DNA of 64,000 nucleotides from Scenedesmus sp. PABB004. Its lineage: Eukaryota. The stretch is taken from assembly GCA_014905635.1 (NCBI GenBank), contig JABVCE010000010.1, positions 62,001 to 126,000 of the forward strand, in the 5' to 3' direction. This document shows, piece after piece, positions 35,626 to 55,236 of this stretch. The position numbers were made by a program, and so were the translations under genes. Positions within the stretch are counted from its first letter, which is position 1. The number at the start of each line of letters is the position of its first letter. Below the pieces are notes generated by a model, which made no database searches, was not told where the DNA came from, and saw only the letters and a list, made by a program, of their open reading frames with translations.

Positions 35626-38186
35626 ATGCGGCCCGCGGAGGCGCCGGGGTCGTACAAAAAGTTCTTCGGCTCGTCATTCCTGAGTGGTGCGCCGCCGCGC
35701 CGGGGCCGGCGCAGCACGGCGCCGCGGCAGCCGGCGGCGCCGCCCGCGCCCCGCCGCTGCCGCCCACCTCGCACCGCGCCGCGCGTCGCGCGCAGACTTC
35801 ACGCTCGTCATCTCCTGCGAGCAGTCGCCGCTGGTGGGGGATGCCGGCGCGGCCACGGCGGCGGCCAGCGCGCCGCCGAGCCCGCGCGTGAGCCAGTGCT
35901 CGGGCTGCGCCGGCGGCGAGGCGGCCGACGACGGCGGCGTGGGCGGTCACGACGCGGCGCGGGCGCCTGCGCTGGACAGCAGCGCCGCCGCCGCCGCGTG
36001 CGCGCCGTGCAGCGGCCAGCCCGACGGCGCCGCGCCGGAGCAGGCGCCGGAGCAGGCGCCGGAGCAGGCGCCGGAGCAGGCGCCGCCCGCGTCGCCGCTG
36101 GTCAAGCGCCACAGCGCCAACTGCCTCGCGGGGGGCGCCGCCCCGCTCGCCGCGGCCGCGGCGCCGTCGCCGCCGCCCGCGCGCGGCGGCATCCCCGCGC
36201 CGGTCGTGCTGCCGGTGCACGGCGTGGTGCTCGCGGGCGGCAGCCCCTATTTTGAGACGCTGCTGCGCGACTGGAGCGGCGCCGACGCGACGCTCACCAT
36301 GGTCGTGGGCGCCGACCAGGTGCGGCGGCGGCGCGTGGCGCGGGCCGGGGCGTGCCGCGGGCGCCGCCGCCGGGGCGCGCGCGCGGCGCCCGCTGCGCCG
36401 CCGCGCTCGCGCGCTCAGCTCAGCCCCTGTGCCGCGCCGCGCCGCGCCGCGCCGCGCAGGTGTGCGCGGCGCAGGTGCTGCTTGGGTTCATGTATGGCGG
36501 CGCGGTGCCCAGCAGCCTGCCGCAGCACGACCTGCTGCAGCTGCTGCTCCTTGCGGACCGCTTCGACGTCCGCGGCGCGCGCGGCGCCGCGAGCCGCGCG
36601 CTCGGCTGCCTCAGCCCGGCCGCGCTCGAGTGGGCCACGCTCACGGGCGTGTGGGCGCTGCCTGAGCATCTCTTTGACGCGGAGGAGCAGGCGCCGCTGC
36701 GGTGAGCGCCGCCCCGCGCGCGCGCAGGCGCGCCGCCGCCCGCGCGCCGGCCCACCCCGCCGCCCGCCGCACGCTGCGCAGCGCGGTGTCGCGTGACCGG
36801 CTGATGCAGCTCTTTGGCGATCTTGAGGACACGTGGGCCACCGCCGACGGCCGCGCGCTGTGGGCGCAGCTGCCGCTGCGCGCCGTCGTGTCGCTCGCGA
36901 GCAGCGATGCCCTGGCCGTTGCCAGCGAGAACACGGTCGTCGCCGCGCTCGCGTCGTGGGTCGCGCACGCCGGCGGCGCGTCTGGCGGGCTGCTCTCGCC
37001 GCACGACCTGCGCCTGCTCGCCGGCTGCGTGCGCCTGCCCACGCTGGGGCCGTGCTACATGAGCCACGTGGCCTTCCAGTTTGATTGGCTGCGCGCCGCA
37101 GTCGACCTGCCAGCCCTCGCGCGCGCCGCGGGCTACGCCGCCGCCGCGCCCGAGGTGCGCAAGGACCTGGCGCAGCATGCCGCCGCGAGCGCCGCCGCCG
37201 CGCTCGCGGCGCTCGCGGTCGGCGGCGCCGGCGCCGGCGGCGGCGGCAGCGGCGGCGGCGCGTGCTGCGCCTGCGCCGCCGCGCCGGTCGGCGAGGCGTC
37301 GCCCGGGGCGCCCGGCGCCGGCGCGGGCGGCGCCGCGGGCCCGTGGGGCGCGCCGCGCTGCGCGCGGTGCCAGCAGGGCCTGAGCGCGCCGCAGCAGGCG
37401 CAGCTGCTGGCGCTCGCGCAGGCGGTGCACCGCCCGCGCGCGGCGAGCTGCCGGCGCGCGTGTGTGTTCACGTGGGCCGTAGACCTCGCGGCGATCCGGC
37501 AGCTGCACGAGGAGGTCGCGGCCGCGGGGAGCCGGGACGGCCGCATCCTGCGCAGCCCCGCGCACTCCTTTGCGGGCTACGAGCTCGCGCTGCAGCTCGA
37601 GATCACGCAGACGCGCGGCGCAACGGGCTTTGACCCGTCCAAGCCCTGGGCGCTGGGCGTGTTTCTCACGTGCCAGGTGCGCGTCGAGTCGCCGAGCAGG
37701 CCCGGCGGCGAGGCGGCGGCGGGCGGCGCCGAGTCGCCGCTGCCCGGCGCGGGCGCGGGCGACAGCGCCGCGTGCGGCGGCTCGCGGCGCAGCAGCGCGG
37801 CGGGCGGCGGCGCCGGCGACGGCGCGCAGCAGCAGTGCGCCGGCAGCAACGGCGGCGCCGGCGCCGCGGCGCGGGCGGCGCTCGCGCTGCCGGCGGCGCC
37901 GGGGGCCCCCGGCGGTTCGGCGCTGAGCCTGCTCGACTTTGGCTTTGTCAGCACCGCGGCGACCATCAGCGTGCGCGAGGTCGGCGGCGGCAAGGACAAG
38001 CGCTGCGAGAAGAGCTGGGAGCACGCGGTCGTGCGCCACCGGGCCTCGTGGGGCTGGCCGAGCTTCCTGGACACGCAGGTCGTCGGCTGGGACGAGGCGG
38101 CGTTTGAGCGCTGGACCATACCCAGCCCCGATGGCGCTGGCGGCGGCCAGATGCAGCTGCAGGCGTCGGTGCGCGTGCTCGGCTGA
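35626..38186 (+). CDS. BTB/POZ (BACK-like) domain protein
   Basis: FLSDFTLVI...LPVHGVVLAGGSPYFETLL...LLGFMYGG...LLQLLLLADRFDV; BACK-like LASSDALAVASENTVVAALASWV; C-terminal WGWPSFL. Confidence 0.85.
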
Positions 38187-38310
38187 GCGGGGCCGGGCTG
38201 ACGTAACCCACGCGCCGGCGGAGGCACGCGCTCGCCGTCGTGCTCGCTCGCTCGCTCTAGAGGCTCACGTGCTCTCAGCGTGGCCGCTCGCGCCCGCGCC
38301 CGCGCCCGCC

Positions 38311-39209
38311 TCACCCGTCGGCGAGCACCTCTGCCAGCAGCTCCGCCTCGTGCGCGAGCTGCACCGCGGTGATCACCTCGCCCAGGCGGTCCCCCGCCAT
38401 GAAGCGCGGCACGTCCACGCTCAGGCTCAGGCCCACGCGGTGGTCCGTCACGCGGCCGTCTTGGTAGTTGTACGAGCGGATGCGCTCGTTGGTGTTGGCC
38501 AGCCCCACCGCAGCGCGCCGCGCGGCGCTCAGCCGCGCCGCCGCCTTTTGCGACTCCAGCTCGTGCAGCTTGGCCCTGGCGCGGCGGCGGCGGCGGCGTG
38601 CGGGGGGCGGCGCTGCGGTCCACCGCCGCCGCGCCGCGCGGCCGGGGCGCGCGCACGCGCGGCGCTCGCTGCGCGCCCGCGCCCCGACGCACCGGAGCAC
38701 GCGCAGCGCCTGCGCGCGGTTCTGCCCCTGGCTGCGCTCGTTCTGGCACGACACGGCGATGCCGGTCGGCAGGTGCACGATGCGCACGGCCGAGTCGGTG
38801 GTGTTGACGTGCTGCCCGCCCTTGCCGCTCGCGCGGCACGTCTCAATGCGCAGGTCGGCCTCAGCGATGTGCACCTCCACCTGCGGCCGCGGCGCGGGCG
38901 GCAGGGCAACGTCGCTCGCGCACGCGCGCGCTTGTGCTGAGGCCGCCCCGCCAGCACAGCGCGCGCCGCGGCACGCCGCCGCCGCCGCGCCTCTGAGGCC
39001 TCCGGCATGGCCACCACGACCGCGGTGCCCGTCTGCATCTTGCCGTGCTTCTCGTTCTCCGGCACCGCCGTCGCGCGGTGCACGCCGCTCTCCCAGCGCA
39101 GCTGCCCAAACGCGCCGGCGCCGCTCACGAGCGCGGTCGCAAACTTTATGCCACCGAGCTCCCCCGGCCGCGACTCGAGCACCTGCGCGCGCGCCGCGCG
39201 GGCGGGCCC

Positions 39210-39243
<34 letters not shown>

Positions 39244-40233
39244 GCGCTCGGCGGCCGTAGGCCCGCCCCCCAGGCAGGCGCCACGTCCCAACCCCGCACC
39301 TCGAAGCGCCAGCCCTGCGCGGCGGCGTAGCGGCGGTACAGGTCCAGCAGGTCGGCGGCAAACGCGGCGACCCAGTCGCCGCCCACGCCCGCGCGCAGCT
39401 CCAACACCACGTTGCCCTCGTGCGCCGCGTCGGCCGGCAGCAGCGCCAGCACCAGCGAGCCGCGCAGCTCCGCGACCTGCGCCGGCGCGTGGGTCAGTCG
39501 CGGCGGCCGCGCGGCGCCGCAAGTGTGGCCCCGGGCGCGCAGCGCCACAGCACGTGCCTGCGCGCGCAGCGTGGCGAGCTCCTCCTCCGCCAGCGCCGCG
39601 AGCTCCCTGTCCTGCTCGCTGCCGGCCATCTCGGCCAGGCCGTCGGCCTGCGGGGCGCAGCAGCCGAGCGTGGGTTCGGCCGGTGGGTCGGCGGCCGCGC
39701 GCAGCGCGCGGCACGCGCGGTGCGCGCCCACCTCGGCCCGCAGGCGCTGCATCTGCTGCCAGCCCTCGCTCAGCGGCGCCAGCGCGCCCGCCTCCTTCAT
39801 CAGGCGCTGGTAGGCCTCGCTGCCGGGGTTGGTCGCTGCGGCGGCGGTCGGCGCACGGCGATCAGAGCGCGGCGCGGGCGGCGCCCGCCGGCAGCGACCC
39901 GGTGCGCCGCGCGCGGCGGGCCGAGCGCCCACCTGCGATGGTGCTCTGGAGCGCCTCGTAGCGCGCGTGCGCCTCCGCCAGCTTGCGGTCGGCCACCGCG
40001 GCGGTGCCGTCGGCCAGCGCGCGGGCCGCCGCGGGCGCTGCGAAGCCCCGCCGCGCCTGCGCCGACGCCGCCCAGGCGGCGTAGTCGATGCCCGGCTGCT
40101 GCGGGCCCTCGCCGGCCGCCCAGCGCGCCGCCAGCGGCGCTGCGGCGCCGCCGCCCGCCCGCTGCTGCTGCCGGCTGGCCGCCGTGCCCGCGACGCGCAG
40201 CAGGCGGGCCGCGCCGCGCCCGAACGAGCTCAT
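38311..40233 (-). CDS. Class I peptide chain release factor, RF1 family, probably mitochondrial (mtRF1a-like), with divergent decoding motifs
   Basis: [64 protein letters not shown]; Arg/Ala-rich presequence [16 protein letters not shown]. Confidence 0.92.
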
Positions 40234-40364
40234 GGGCGCTGCCGCGTGCTGGACGAGCTTGCTGAAGCTGCGCAGCGGCGGCGGCGGTGCCGCGCGGGGA
40301 GCAGCGCGAGCCGAGCCCAGGAGGCCGGCGCGCGCTCGTCCCAGTCCTGCAAACGCCCCTGCAG

Positions 40365-40369
40365 TTACA
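40365..40369 (-). terminator. TGTAA polyadenylation signal of the FHA gene
   Basis: TTACA on +, ~60 nt past the stop at 40431. Confidence 0.6.
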
Positions 40370-40430
40370 TTGACGCTGGCTCGTACACAACTGCGCCCCC
40401 CACACGCACGGCGCCGCCGGAAGCCGCTCC

Positions 40431-43400
40431 CTAAAACCGCCCCGGCGCGGACGCGTGGTAAGGCGACGGTGACTGCTGCTGGTTGCCCAGGTCGCTCAGC
40501 GGCTGGCTGCGCGCGAGCGCCGCCGGCGAGCCGCCCAGGCTCCCGCCGAGCTTGACCGCCAGCAGCGCGCCGCCGGGCGGCTGCTGCTGCTGCTGTTCCT
40601 GCTGCGGCGAGTCCGACGGCGGCGCCGCCGCCGCAGCGCCCGGGGGCTCGTCGTCGCTGGCCTCCGTGCACTCCTCGCCCTCCTCGCTGACGCTGGTCAG
40701 CCGGCGCTTGCGCGCCGCGGGGACGTCATGCTCTGCTCGTGGCTGCCCGCCTGCGGCGCCCGCGGCTGCGGCGGCGTGGGCGGGCGAGCGAGAGAGCGAG
40801 CGTGCACGCGAGCCCGCTGCGGGCCAGCGGCATGCCAGCCCCGCGCCGGCCCACCTGCTCGCCCTCCGTCGCCGCGCCGTCGCCGTCGCCGCCCGCCGCC
40901 GGCGCCTCGTCGGCAGCGGCCGGCGGCAGGAGCTGCAGCAGGTCGTTGCTGCCGTCCGCGCCGCCACTGCTGGGGTCCGCGCCGGCCGCGCAGCCGGCCT
41001 CCGCCTCGGCCTCGGCCTCGGCCGCGGCCGCGACCGCGGCGGCCGCATCGTCTGCGGGCGCCGCGCCGGCGTCCTGCGGGCGCGCGCGGCGACGCAGCGG
41101 CCGCGGTGAGGCGCCCGCAGCCGCCGGCTGCGCGCCGCCACGGCTGGCCGCCCTGCCACGCGGCGGCCGCTGCGCGCCCGCCGCCCGGCCGCGCGTCTCG
41201 CCCGTCGCCGCCGCACCTGCTGCTGCTCAGCCTCCGCCATCTCCTCGTCGCCACCCGGGGCCGCCTCCTGCGCCGGGGCCGCCTCCTCCTGCCCCGGGCC
41301 ACTGCGGCGGGCTCGCACCCCTCCTGTGGCTGGCTGGCGGGCTCGAGCCCCGCGTCCGCCTCCTCGCCGCCGCCCAGCTCCTCGTCGCCCTGCTCCTCAC
41401 TCACGGCGTCGCCCGCATCGACGTCCGGGCTGCCGCCGCCCGCGCCCGCGCCCGCCTCTGCGGCCGCCGCCTCGCCGCCGTCCTGCTGCGGCGCCTCGTC
41501 GTCCGCCTCCTCCTCGTCCTCCTGCTCCGCTGCGTCCTCCCGCGCCGCCTCCGCCTCCTCCTCCGCCTCCTCAATCTCCTCCGCCTCCTCCGCCTCCTCC
41601 GCCACGGCCAGGCCGGTCGCGCCAAAGGCGGCCGCGGCGGCCGCGGCGACGCCGGTGGAGAGCTGCAGCGTGGCGAGCATGTCAAAGCCGCCGGCGCCCC
41701 CCAGGTCGTGCGTGGGCTCCGCGCCCACCGCAAACGCGGGCAGGCCGCTGTTGGGCGTGCCGCCCGGCGCCTGGGGCGGCGGCGGCGGCATGTCGCCGGC
41801 CGCGCCGCCGCTGCTGCCGCCGCTGCCGGCGCCGGGCAGCAGCTGGGTCATCATCGCCAGCGCCGCCATGTCGCCGCCGCTCGCCGCGGGGTCGCTGCCG
41901 CCGCCGGGGTGCAGAAAGGCCGCCTGCGTCGCGCCCACCCGGAACGGGCCGCGCCCGCGCAGCTCCTCCTCGCTCTCCTCGCCCTCCTCGCCGCCCGGCG
42001 CCGCCGGCGACGCGGCGTCCTGGTCCATCGCGTTGGCGCGCTCCGGCTCGCCGTCCTGCGTCACGGGCTCGGAGCCGCCCGCGTGCGGCTCGGCGGCGAG
42101 CGCAGTGCCGGCACGGAGCGCCTCCATGCGGCCCCCGAGGTCGTCGCACAGGGCGCCCACGTCGGCGGCGTGCGCGGCCAGCGCGGCCGTGGCGCCCGCC
42201 ACCACCTCCTGCGCTGCGTGCATGCGCTGCGCCACCTCGGCGGCCTGCGCGTCCAGCTTGGCGCGCTGCGCCAGCAGCGCCTGGTGCATCTGCGGCGCGG
42301 CGCGTGGCGCGCGGCGCCCGGTGAGCGCGGCCGCCGCGCGGCGCAGCTGCCGCGCCGTGCCGCGCCACCGCGCCTGCGCCCCCCCCCCCCCCGCACACCT
42401 TGGCCACCTCTGCGCCATAGAGCATCATCATCTCACGCTCCTGGTCAAGCTTGTCCCGCACCGCCGCGCTGCCGCGCACCGCGCCCGCCAGCGCGCGGCC
42501 CGCGTCCTGCGCGGCGGCCTCGGCGGCGCCCCGCGCCGCGGCCTCGGCGTCGAGCGCCGCGGTCGCGGCCGCCGCGGCCGCCTGCGCGCGTGCGAGCTCC
42601 TCCGCGGCCGCCTCCCGTGCGGCCACCGCGGCGGCGAGCTGCGCGGCGAGGTCGGCGTTGGCGGCGGCGGCCTCCGCCGCGGCGCCGGCGTGCGCAGACA
42701 GCTCCCCGCGCGCGCCCGCGAGCTGCTGGGCCGCGTCCGCGAGCTGCCCGTCCCGCTCTGCGAGCTGGGCCGCGAGCGCCGCCACCTGCTCCTGCTGCGC
42801 GGCGAGCGAGGCCTGCAGGCGGGCGGCGCCGCGGCGTCAGCGGGCGCGCGCGGCGGTCCGGCGGCGCGCCGCGCGCCCGCTGACGCCCCAGAGTGTGCCC
42901 CCCCCACACACACACGCCACAGTCGCGCGAGCACCCACCTGCAGCTCCTCCACGCTCGCCTGCAGCGCCGCCTCGCGCTCCGCAGCGGCCGCCGCCGCCT
43001 CGGCTGCCGCGGCGGCGCCGCGGTCCGCGCGCTCCGTCTCGGCCTGCAGCGCGGCCGCGGCCGCCTCTGCCGCCGCAGCCGCCTCAGAGACCGCCTGCTC
43101 GTCGCGCGCCCGCAGCGCCGCCGCGTGCGCGGCGGCCGCGTCGTGCGCCGCCGCGTCCGCGGCAGCGAGACGGGCCTCCAGGGCCTCGATGTCCGCCACG
43201 TGCTTGGCGGCGCGCTCGCGCAGCTCCTGCGCCAAGGAGGCGCGCGTGGCACGTGAGCACGGCCGCGGCGGGGGCGGCACTGCGGCGCCGCGCGCTCCCT
43301 CCCTTGCCAGGCGCGCCCAGGCGCGCCTGGCGCCGTCGCCGCCCCCCGCTCTGCGCCATGCCCCCATGCCACCCCCCCCCCCCCCACCACACACACAAAC

Positions 43401-44377
43401 AGCACCGCGCACCTTGTTCGCCGCCACGAGCTGCTTCATCTCAGCGCCGCCCGCGTCGTCGTGCGACGACGCGCGCGCGCGCTTGGCGCCGCCCGACGCG
43501 CCCCCGGCGGCGGCGCCGCCGCCCGTCGCGCCGGCGGCGCCGTCGGCGGGCGAGCCCTGCTGCTCCTGGCGGCGCTTGGCCGCGGCCGGCGGCGGCGGCG
43601 CGGCCGCGGCGCCGGGGCGGGCGGGCGGCTCCGTGTCGGCGTCGAATTCCAGCACATACTCGACGGTGTTGACGAAGCTCGTCGCGGGCTGCCCCGGCGG
43701 CGGGTGGATGGAGGAGAGGCCGAGGCGGTCGCCCGGGCGCAGCGGCGCGGCGGCGCCCTTGCCGACCTTTGCGCCGTTGATGAAGGTGCCGTTGGTGGAG
43801 CTGTCGCGCACGACCCAGCACGCCTGCGCGGCGCGGCGCGGCGTGGCGCGGTGGGTGGGTCCGTGTGTGTGTGTGTGGGGGGGGGGGGGGCGACGCGGCG
43901 GAGCAGCGCGGCGCTCAGCCCCCCGCGGCGCGCACCTCGGCGCCGTCGCCCTCAAACGCGAGCGTGCAGTGCCTGCTGCTGAGGCTGTTCCAGCTGTTGG
44001 GGTACTTGTACCCCTCGCCCTCCTTCACCAGGCGGCCCAGCAGCACCGGTGCGTGCGTCCACAGCAGCAGGTCTGTGCGCGCGGTGACGCGTGTGCGCGC
44101 GTGCGTGCGTGTCAGCCGCGCCGGCAGCGCGCGCAGCGGGCTCAGCGTGCGCAGCGTGGCAGCGCGCACAGCGGGCTCAGCGTGCGCGCCCCGGCGGGCG
44201 GGGGCAGGCGCGCGGCCCGGGGCGCGCGCCCGCCGGGCCCGGCGGCCGCGCTCGGCGCCGGGCGGCGCCCGGCGCGCCGCCGCTGCTGTCGCGCGAACGC
44301 CGCGCACCGGGCCCGCCGCCGCACAGCGCCAGCTGCTTGGCGTGCGCCCCGACCGCCACGAGCTTGTAGGTGCCCAT
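40431..44377 (-). CDS. FHA-domain protein with coiled coil and acidic C-terminal region
   Basis: FHA signature VLLGR...LSSRHC...VRDSSTNGTFING...LRPGDRL; Ala/Glu/Gln coiled-coil exons; Glu-rich tail. Confidence 0.85.
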
Positions 44378-44658
44378 GGCGGCCCCGCTGCGCGCTGCGC
44401 ACGCGAGTCGATTGTTGCGCGGCCTCCCGAACGCGACAGCCGCGCCGCGCGGGCGGGGATGCGTGCGCCGCGGACAGACGGGGTGGCGGGGAACGCGCGA
44501 GTGTGGCGGGGCGGGCGCGCGGAGCGCGGGAGAAGGCACTTGTTACGCCGGCGGCGCAAACGCGCTGCGGCGCAGCGGCGGTGCCAACGCGCCCCCCGCG
44601 CCGGGCGCGGAGCGTCCGGGCACACCGGGTGGGTGACGGACCACACACCGCCGCCGCC

Positions 44659-51289
<6,631 letters not shown>

Positions 51290-51461
51290 TGGGGCGAGCG
51301 CGCGGCGCTTCTGCGTGTTACGGCGCAGCGCCCCCCTCCACGACTGCGCGGTCATCCCACACCCCGCCGCACGCGCCGCGATCGCGCTCCCACCCGGACA
51401 CGCGCGCGCCAGCCAGCCTGCAGCGGGTGTCAAGAACGGTCAGGCGCACGCGAGCGTTGCC

Positions 51462-52670
51462 GCACGCGCGACACACACACTTTGCGGTCGTCGTAGTTGG
51501 GCGGGCCGTCATGGACGCCCCCTTTTACGACGACGGCAACAGTGCGGTCGCAGTGCCACGACTGCCCACTACGGGCGACCGCAATCAAGGCGTGCGAGCA
51601 ATGGGTGCGCACGCGTGCAAGCGCCCCGAGGTCGGCGGGGAGCGCGCGGCCGTAGGGCTGGCTGCCGCGCGGCGCGGACGCCGCGGCCGCGCCGTGCGGC
51701 TCAGCCGCCGCGGCCGCGCCTCCGTGGTCGCGGCCGCCGCCGCGATCTTGGTCGGCGGCGCGCAGACGAGCGGCTCGGGGCGGCTCTTGTCGGAGCGCCA
51801 GAGCATCGGACCTGGCGCTGACAAGAGCCGCCCCGAGCCGCTCGCCAGCGCGGAGCTGGGCGCAGGGCGTGCGCGCGCGGCGCGCGCCGCCGCCGAGGCA
51901 GCCGTGGGCGCGCCAGGCTCACCTGCTGCGACGAGGGTGCCCTCGTCGCACCCGCTCGCGCGGAAGGCCAGCATGAGCTCGCCTTCAACCATAGCGGGTG
52001 CGACTGCGCCGCGCCGGCCGGGCCGGGCCGTGCGCGGGGCCGCCGGCGCCGCCGGCGGGTCAGGCGCATGCACGGCATACGCGCGCGACACACACACATT
52101 GCGGTCGTCGTAGTTTGGCACGCCGTCATCGACGCCCCCTTCTACGACGACCGCAACAGTGTAGCGGTCGCAGCGCCACGACTGCCCACTACGGGCGACC
52201 GCAATCAAGGCGTCCGAGCAATGGGTGTGGGGCGCACGCGTGCAAGCGCGCCCCGAGGTCGCCGGGCAGCGCGCGGCCGTAGGGCTGGCTGCTGCGCGGC
52301 GCGGACGCCGCGGCCGCGTCGCGCGGCTCAGCCGCCGCGGCCGCGCCTCCGTGGTCACGGCCGCCACCGCGATCTTGGTCGGCGGCGCGCAGACGAGCGG
52401 CTCGGGGCGGCTCTTGTCGGAGCGCCAGAGCGCATCGATTCTCATCTGGCGGTACGACAAGAGCCGCCGCGAGCCGCAGCGCGGAGCTGGACGAGGCGCG
52501 GGGTGCGGGGCGTGCGCGCGCGGCGCGCGCCGCCGCCGAGGCAGCCGTGGATGCGGCTGGCTCACCTGCTGCGACGAGGGTGCCCTCGTCGCAGCCGCTC
52601 GCGCGAAGACCAGCATGAGGCAGCCTTCATCGCGAGCGGGTGCGACTGCGCCGCGCCGGCCGGGGCGGGC
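51462..52670. repeat. Diverged direct tandem duplication (2 x ~620-640 bp) rich in hairpins; candidate structured ncRNA / pri-miRNA locus
   Basis: ttgcggtcgtcgtag at 51482 and 52099; gcgggtgcgactgcgccgcgccggccggg at ~51994 and ~52637; each unit holds several inverted-repeat stems. Confidence 0.85.
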
Positions 52671-53161
52671 GGGCGCGGGGCCGCCCGCGCCGCTGTTCGC
52701 GCGGCCGATGACGCCGCTGCTGCTGCCGCAGCGATTGCGCGCCCGCCTCCTCGAGCAGAAGCGGAATGTTCTGCGCCGCCTCGATCGATCGCTGGTGGCG
52801 CGGGCGTGGGCGCGGCGACGGCGCGGCGGCGCGAGCGCGGTCGCGAGGCAGCGGCGCGGCGCAGCGGCAGAAGCGAGGAGCGGGACTGGCGCCACTGGAA
52901 AATGGTGGTGGCGGCGGCGGCGCGCTCAGCTATGCGCGGCGTGACGGCGATTTTGCGACTGCGCGCCGCTCCCTCTTGACGCCGCGCCCCGCGGTCGCCC
53001 CCACACAAACCTGAGCGCACCCCAATCGCGCTCCCACCCACACGGACACGCGCGCCCGCGGCCGCCGCGCGACCTCATCGCCGCCGGTCCGCGTGCCGCG
53101 CCCCAGGCCGGCCCAGCAGCGCGCCGGGGGCCGCCCCCAGCCCGTGCCTGCGACCCCCCAG

Positions 53162-54736
53162 ATGGCCGACGCCGGCGCGGGCCCCGCGGCGGCGGCGCCG
53201 GGCGACCGGTCGTTCAAGGACGCCCTGCTCGCGCCGAGCGACCGCGACGAGCTGTCCGCGCCCGACCAGGCGCAGCCGCCCGCGCCGCCGCCGACGGCGG
53301 ACGACGGCAGCCCGCCACTCACCGTCGCGGACGAGCTCGCCGCCGCCGCGCCCCGCGCGGCGCCGGCGGCGCCGGCGGACGCAGAGGGCTTCACGCCCGT
53401 CGCCGCCGGCGCGCGCGCGGGCGGCGATGCCGAGCCGGCGCCGCCAGCGGCAAGCGAGCTCGAGAGCGGTGGCGAGTGGGCCCCCGGCGGGACGACGCAG
53501 TCGGCGGTCGACGGCCGCTTCGCGCGCGCGCGCCCCGGCGGCGCCGGCGAGGCGGCGGCAGACGCCGAGTCGGCGCCGCGCGCCGGCGGCGGCCCGGCCG
53601 CCGCGCCGCAGGTGCGCATGCACGCGCGCCGCAGAGCGCGCCCACGGCGTGCGCCGCCCCGCCGCGCACGCCGCCCACGCCGCCCGCGCCGCCGCCGCAG
53701 CCGCAGAACGTGGACGACGCGCGCCCGAGCGGCGAGCCGGGCGAGCCGTCCGCGAGCGCCGCGCCGCCCCGCCCGGCCACGCCCGGCGCCGCCGAGGCGG
53801 GTGAGCTGCCCGCGCGCGCCACTCGCTGCGTCGTGCTCGCGCACCGCGCGGCGCGGGCGGCCCAGCAGGCTGACCCCGCCCCCTCACACACCCGCGCCCC
53901 CGCCTCCCCCTCGCCCGGCGCAGTGACGGCGCTGGCCGACCCCGGCGCCGGCGGCGTGCCGCTGAGCGACGTTGAGGCGAAGGCGATCGCCGACCCCTCC
54001 ACCGCCGACCTGGTCGCCGCGGCGGCCGCGCCCGACGCGGCGCGGCCCGACGCGCGCGCGCCGCCGGCCGCGCTGGTGCCCGACGAGCCGCCGCGCGAGC
54101 CTGTCGCGGCCGCCGGCGGCGGCGCGCCCGCGTGCGCCGGCCCCGGCTCGCCGGGCGGCGCGGCCGACCGCAACGCGCCCGGCAAGGCCCTGGGCATGCG
54201 CACCGGGGCGCCCGCGGCCGACCGCGCGCCGGCCGCGGCCGCGGCCGCTGCGGAGGTCCCCGAGTCTGGCGGCGGCGGCGCCCGCATCTTCACCGCCAGC
54301 GACGCCGCGGCGGCGGGCCTGGCCGACATCACAGCCGAGGCGGACGCCGCCGCGGCGGGCGGCGGCGGCGGCGGTGGCGGCGGCGCGGCAGAGGAGGAGG
54401 AGCCGGCGGCGCCGCGCGCGCCGAGCCGCGCGAGCCCGGCAGCGGCGAGCCCGTGCCCGCGGACGGCTCGTACGGCGCGCTCAAGCAGGCGCCTGCTGAG
54501 GCCGGCGACGCGGCGGCCGTGCCCGCGCCGTCCACGCCCGGCGAGAAGGCGGGCCGCGAGGGGGAGGGCGAGGGCGAGGCCGGCGGCAGCCACCTGGAGA
54601 CCGGTGGCGGTGGTGGCGAGGGCGAGGCCGGCGCCGACGAGGCCGGCCGCGGCGGCGGCGGCGGCCTGATGAGCGCGGCGGGCGGCGCGGTGGCGGCGGC
54701 GGGCGGCGCGCTGAAGGACCTGGTGCTCGGCCCGGA

Positions 54737-54778
<42 letters not shown>

Positions 54779-54878
54779 GCGCGCGGACAGCCACGACGAG
54801 GAGGCCGCGGCGTCGCTGGAGGCGGCGACCAACGCGGCGCGCGGCGACGAGGAGGGCGCGCCGTTTGCGGTGCTGTGA
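53162..54878 (+). CDS. Ala/Gly/Pro/Glu-rich intrinsically disordered hypothetical protein
   Basis: MADAGAGP...RSFKDALL; two GT-AG introns (~53612-53706, ~53801-53922); apparent frameshift near 54415; ends EEGAPFAVL*. Confidence 0.6.
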
Positions 54879-55236
54879 GCGGGGCGGCGGCGCGCGCGGC
54901 GGCGGCCGAGTGATCGCGGGCGGCGGTCGGCGGGCGAGCTCGAGGCGGGCGGGTTTATTTCAGGCTGCTTGCTTGCGTGTGTGTCGATGAGATGCCCGCC
55001 GCCCGGGGCCGGGGCGGCACGCGAGCGCGTGCTTTTTTGCCGCGTGCCCCGAGTTGGCGTTCCGTGGCGTGCGGCGCCGGTGCAAGTTGACGTGCCCCCC
55101 GCTGCTGACCGCAGCGCCGGGCAGCCAGGGACGGCGCGGGCAGGGCGAGTCAGGGCGAGTTACCTGCCGCCGGCGCCGCGCGGCGCTGCCGTCGCGGCAG
55201 CTGCGCGCGCGCCCCTGCGCGACCCCCCAGCCCCAG

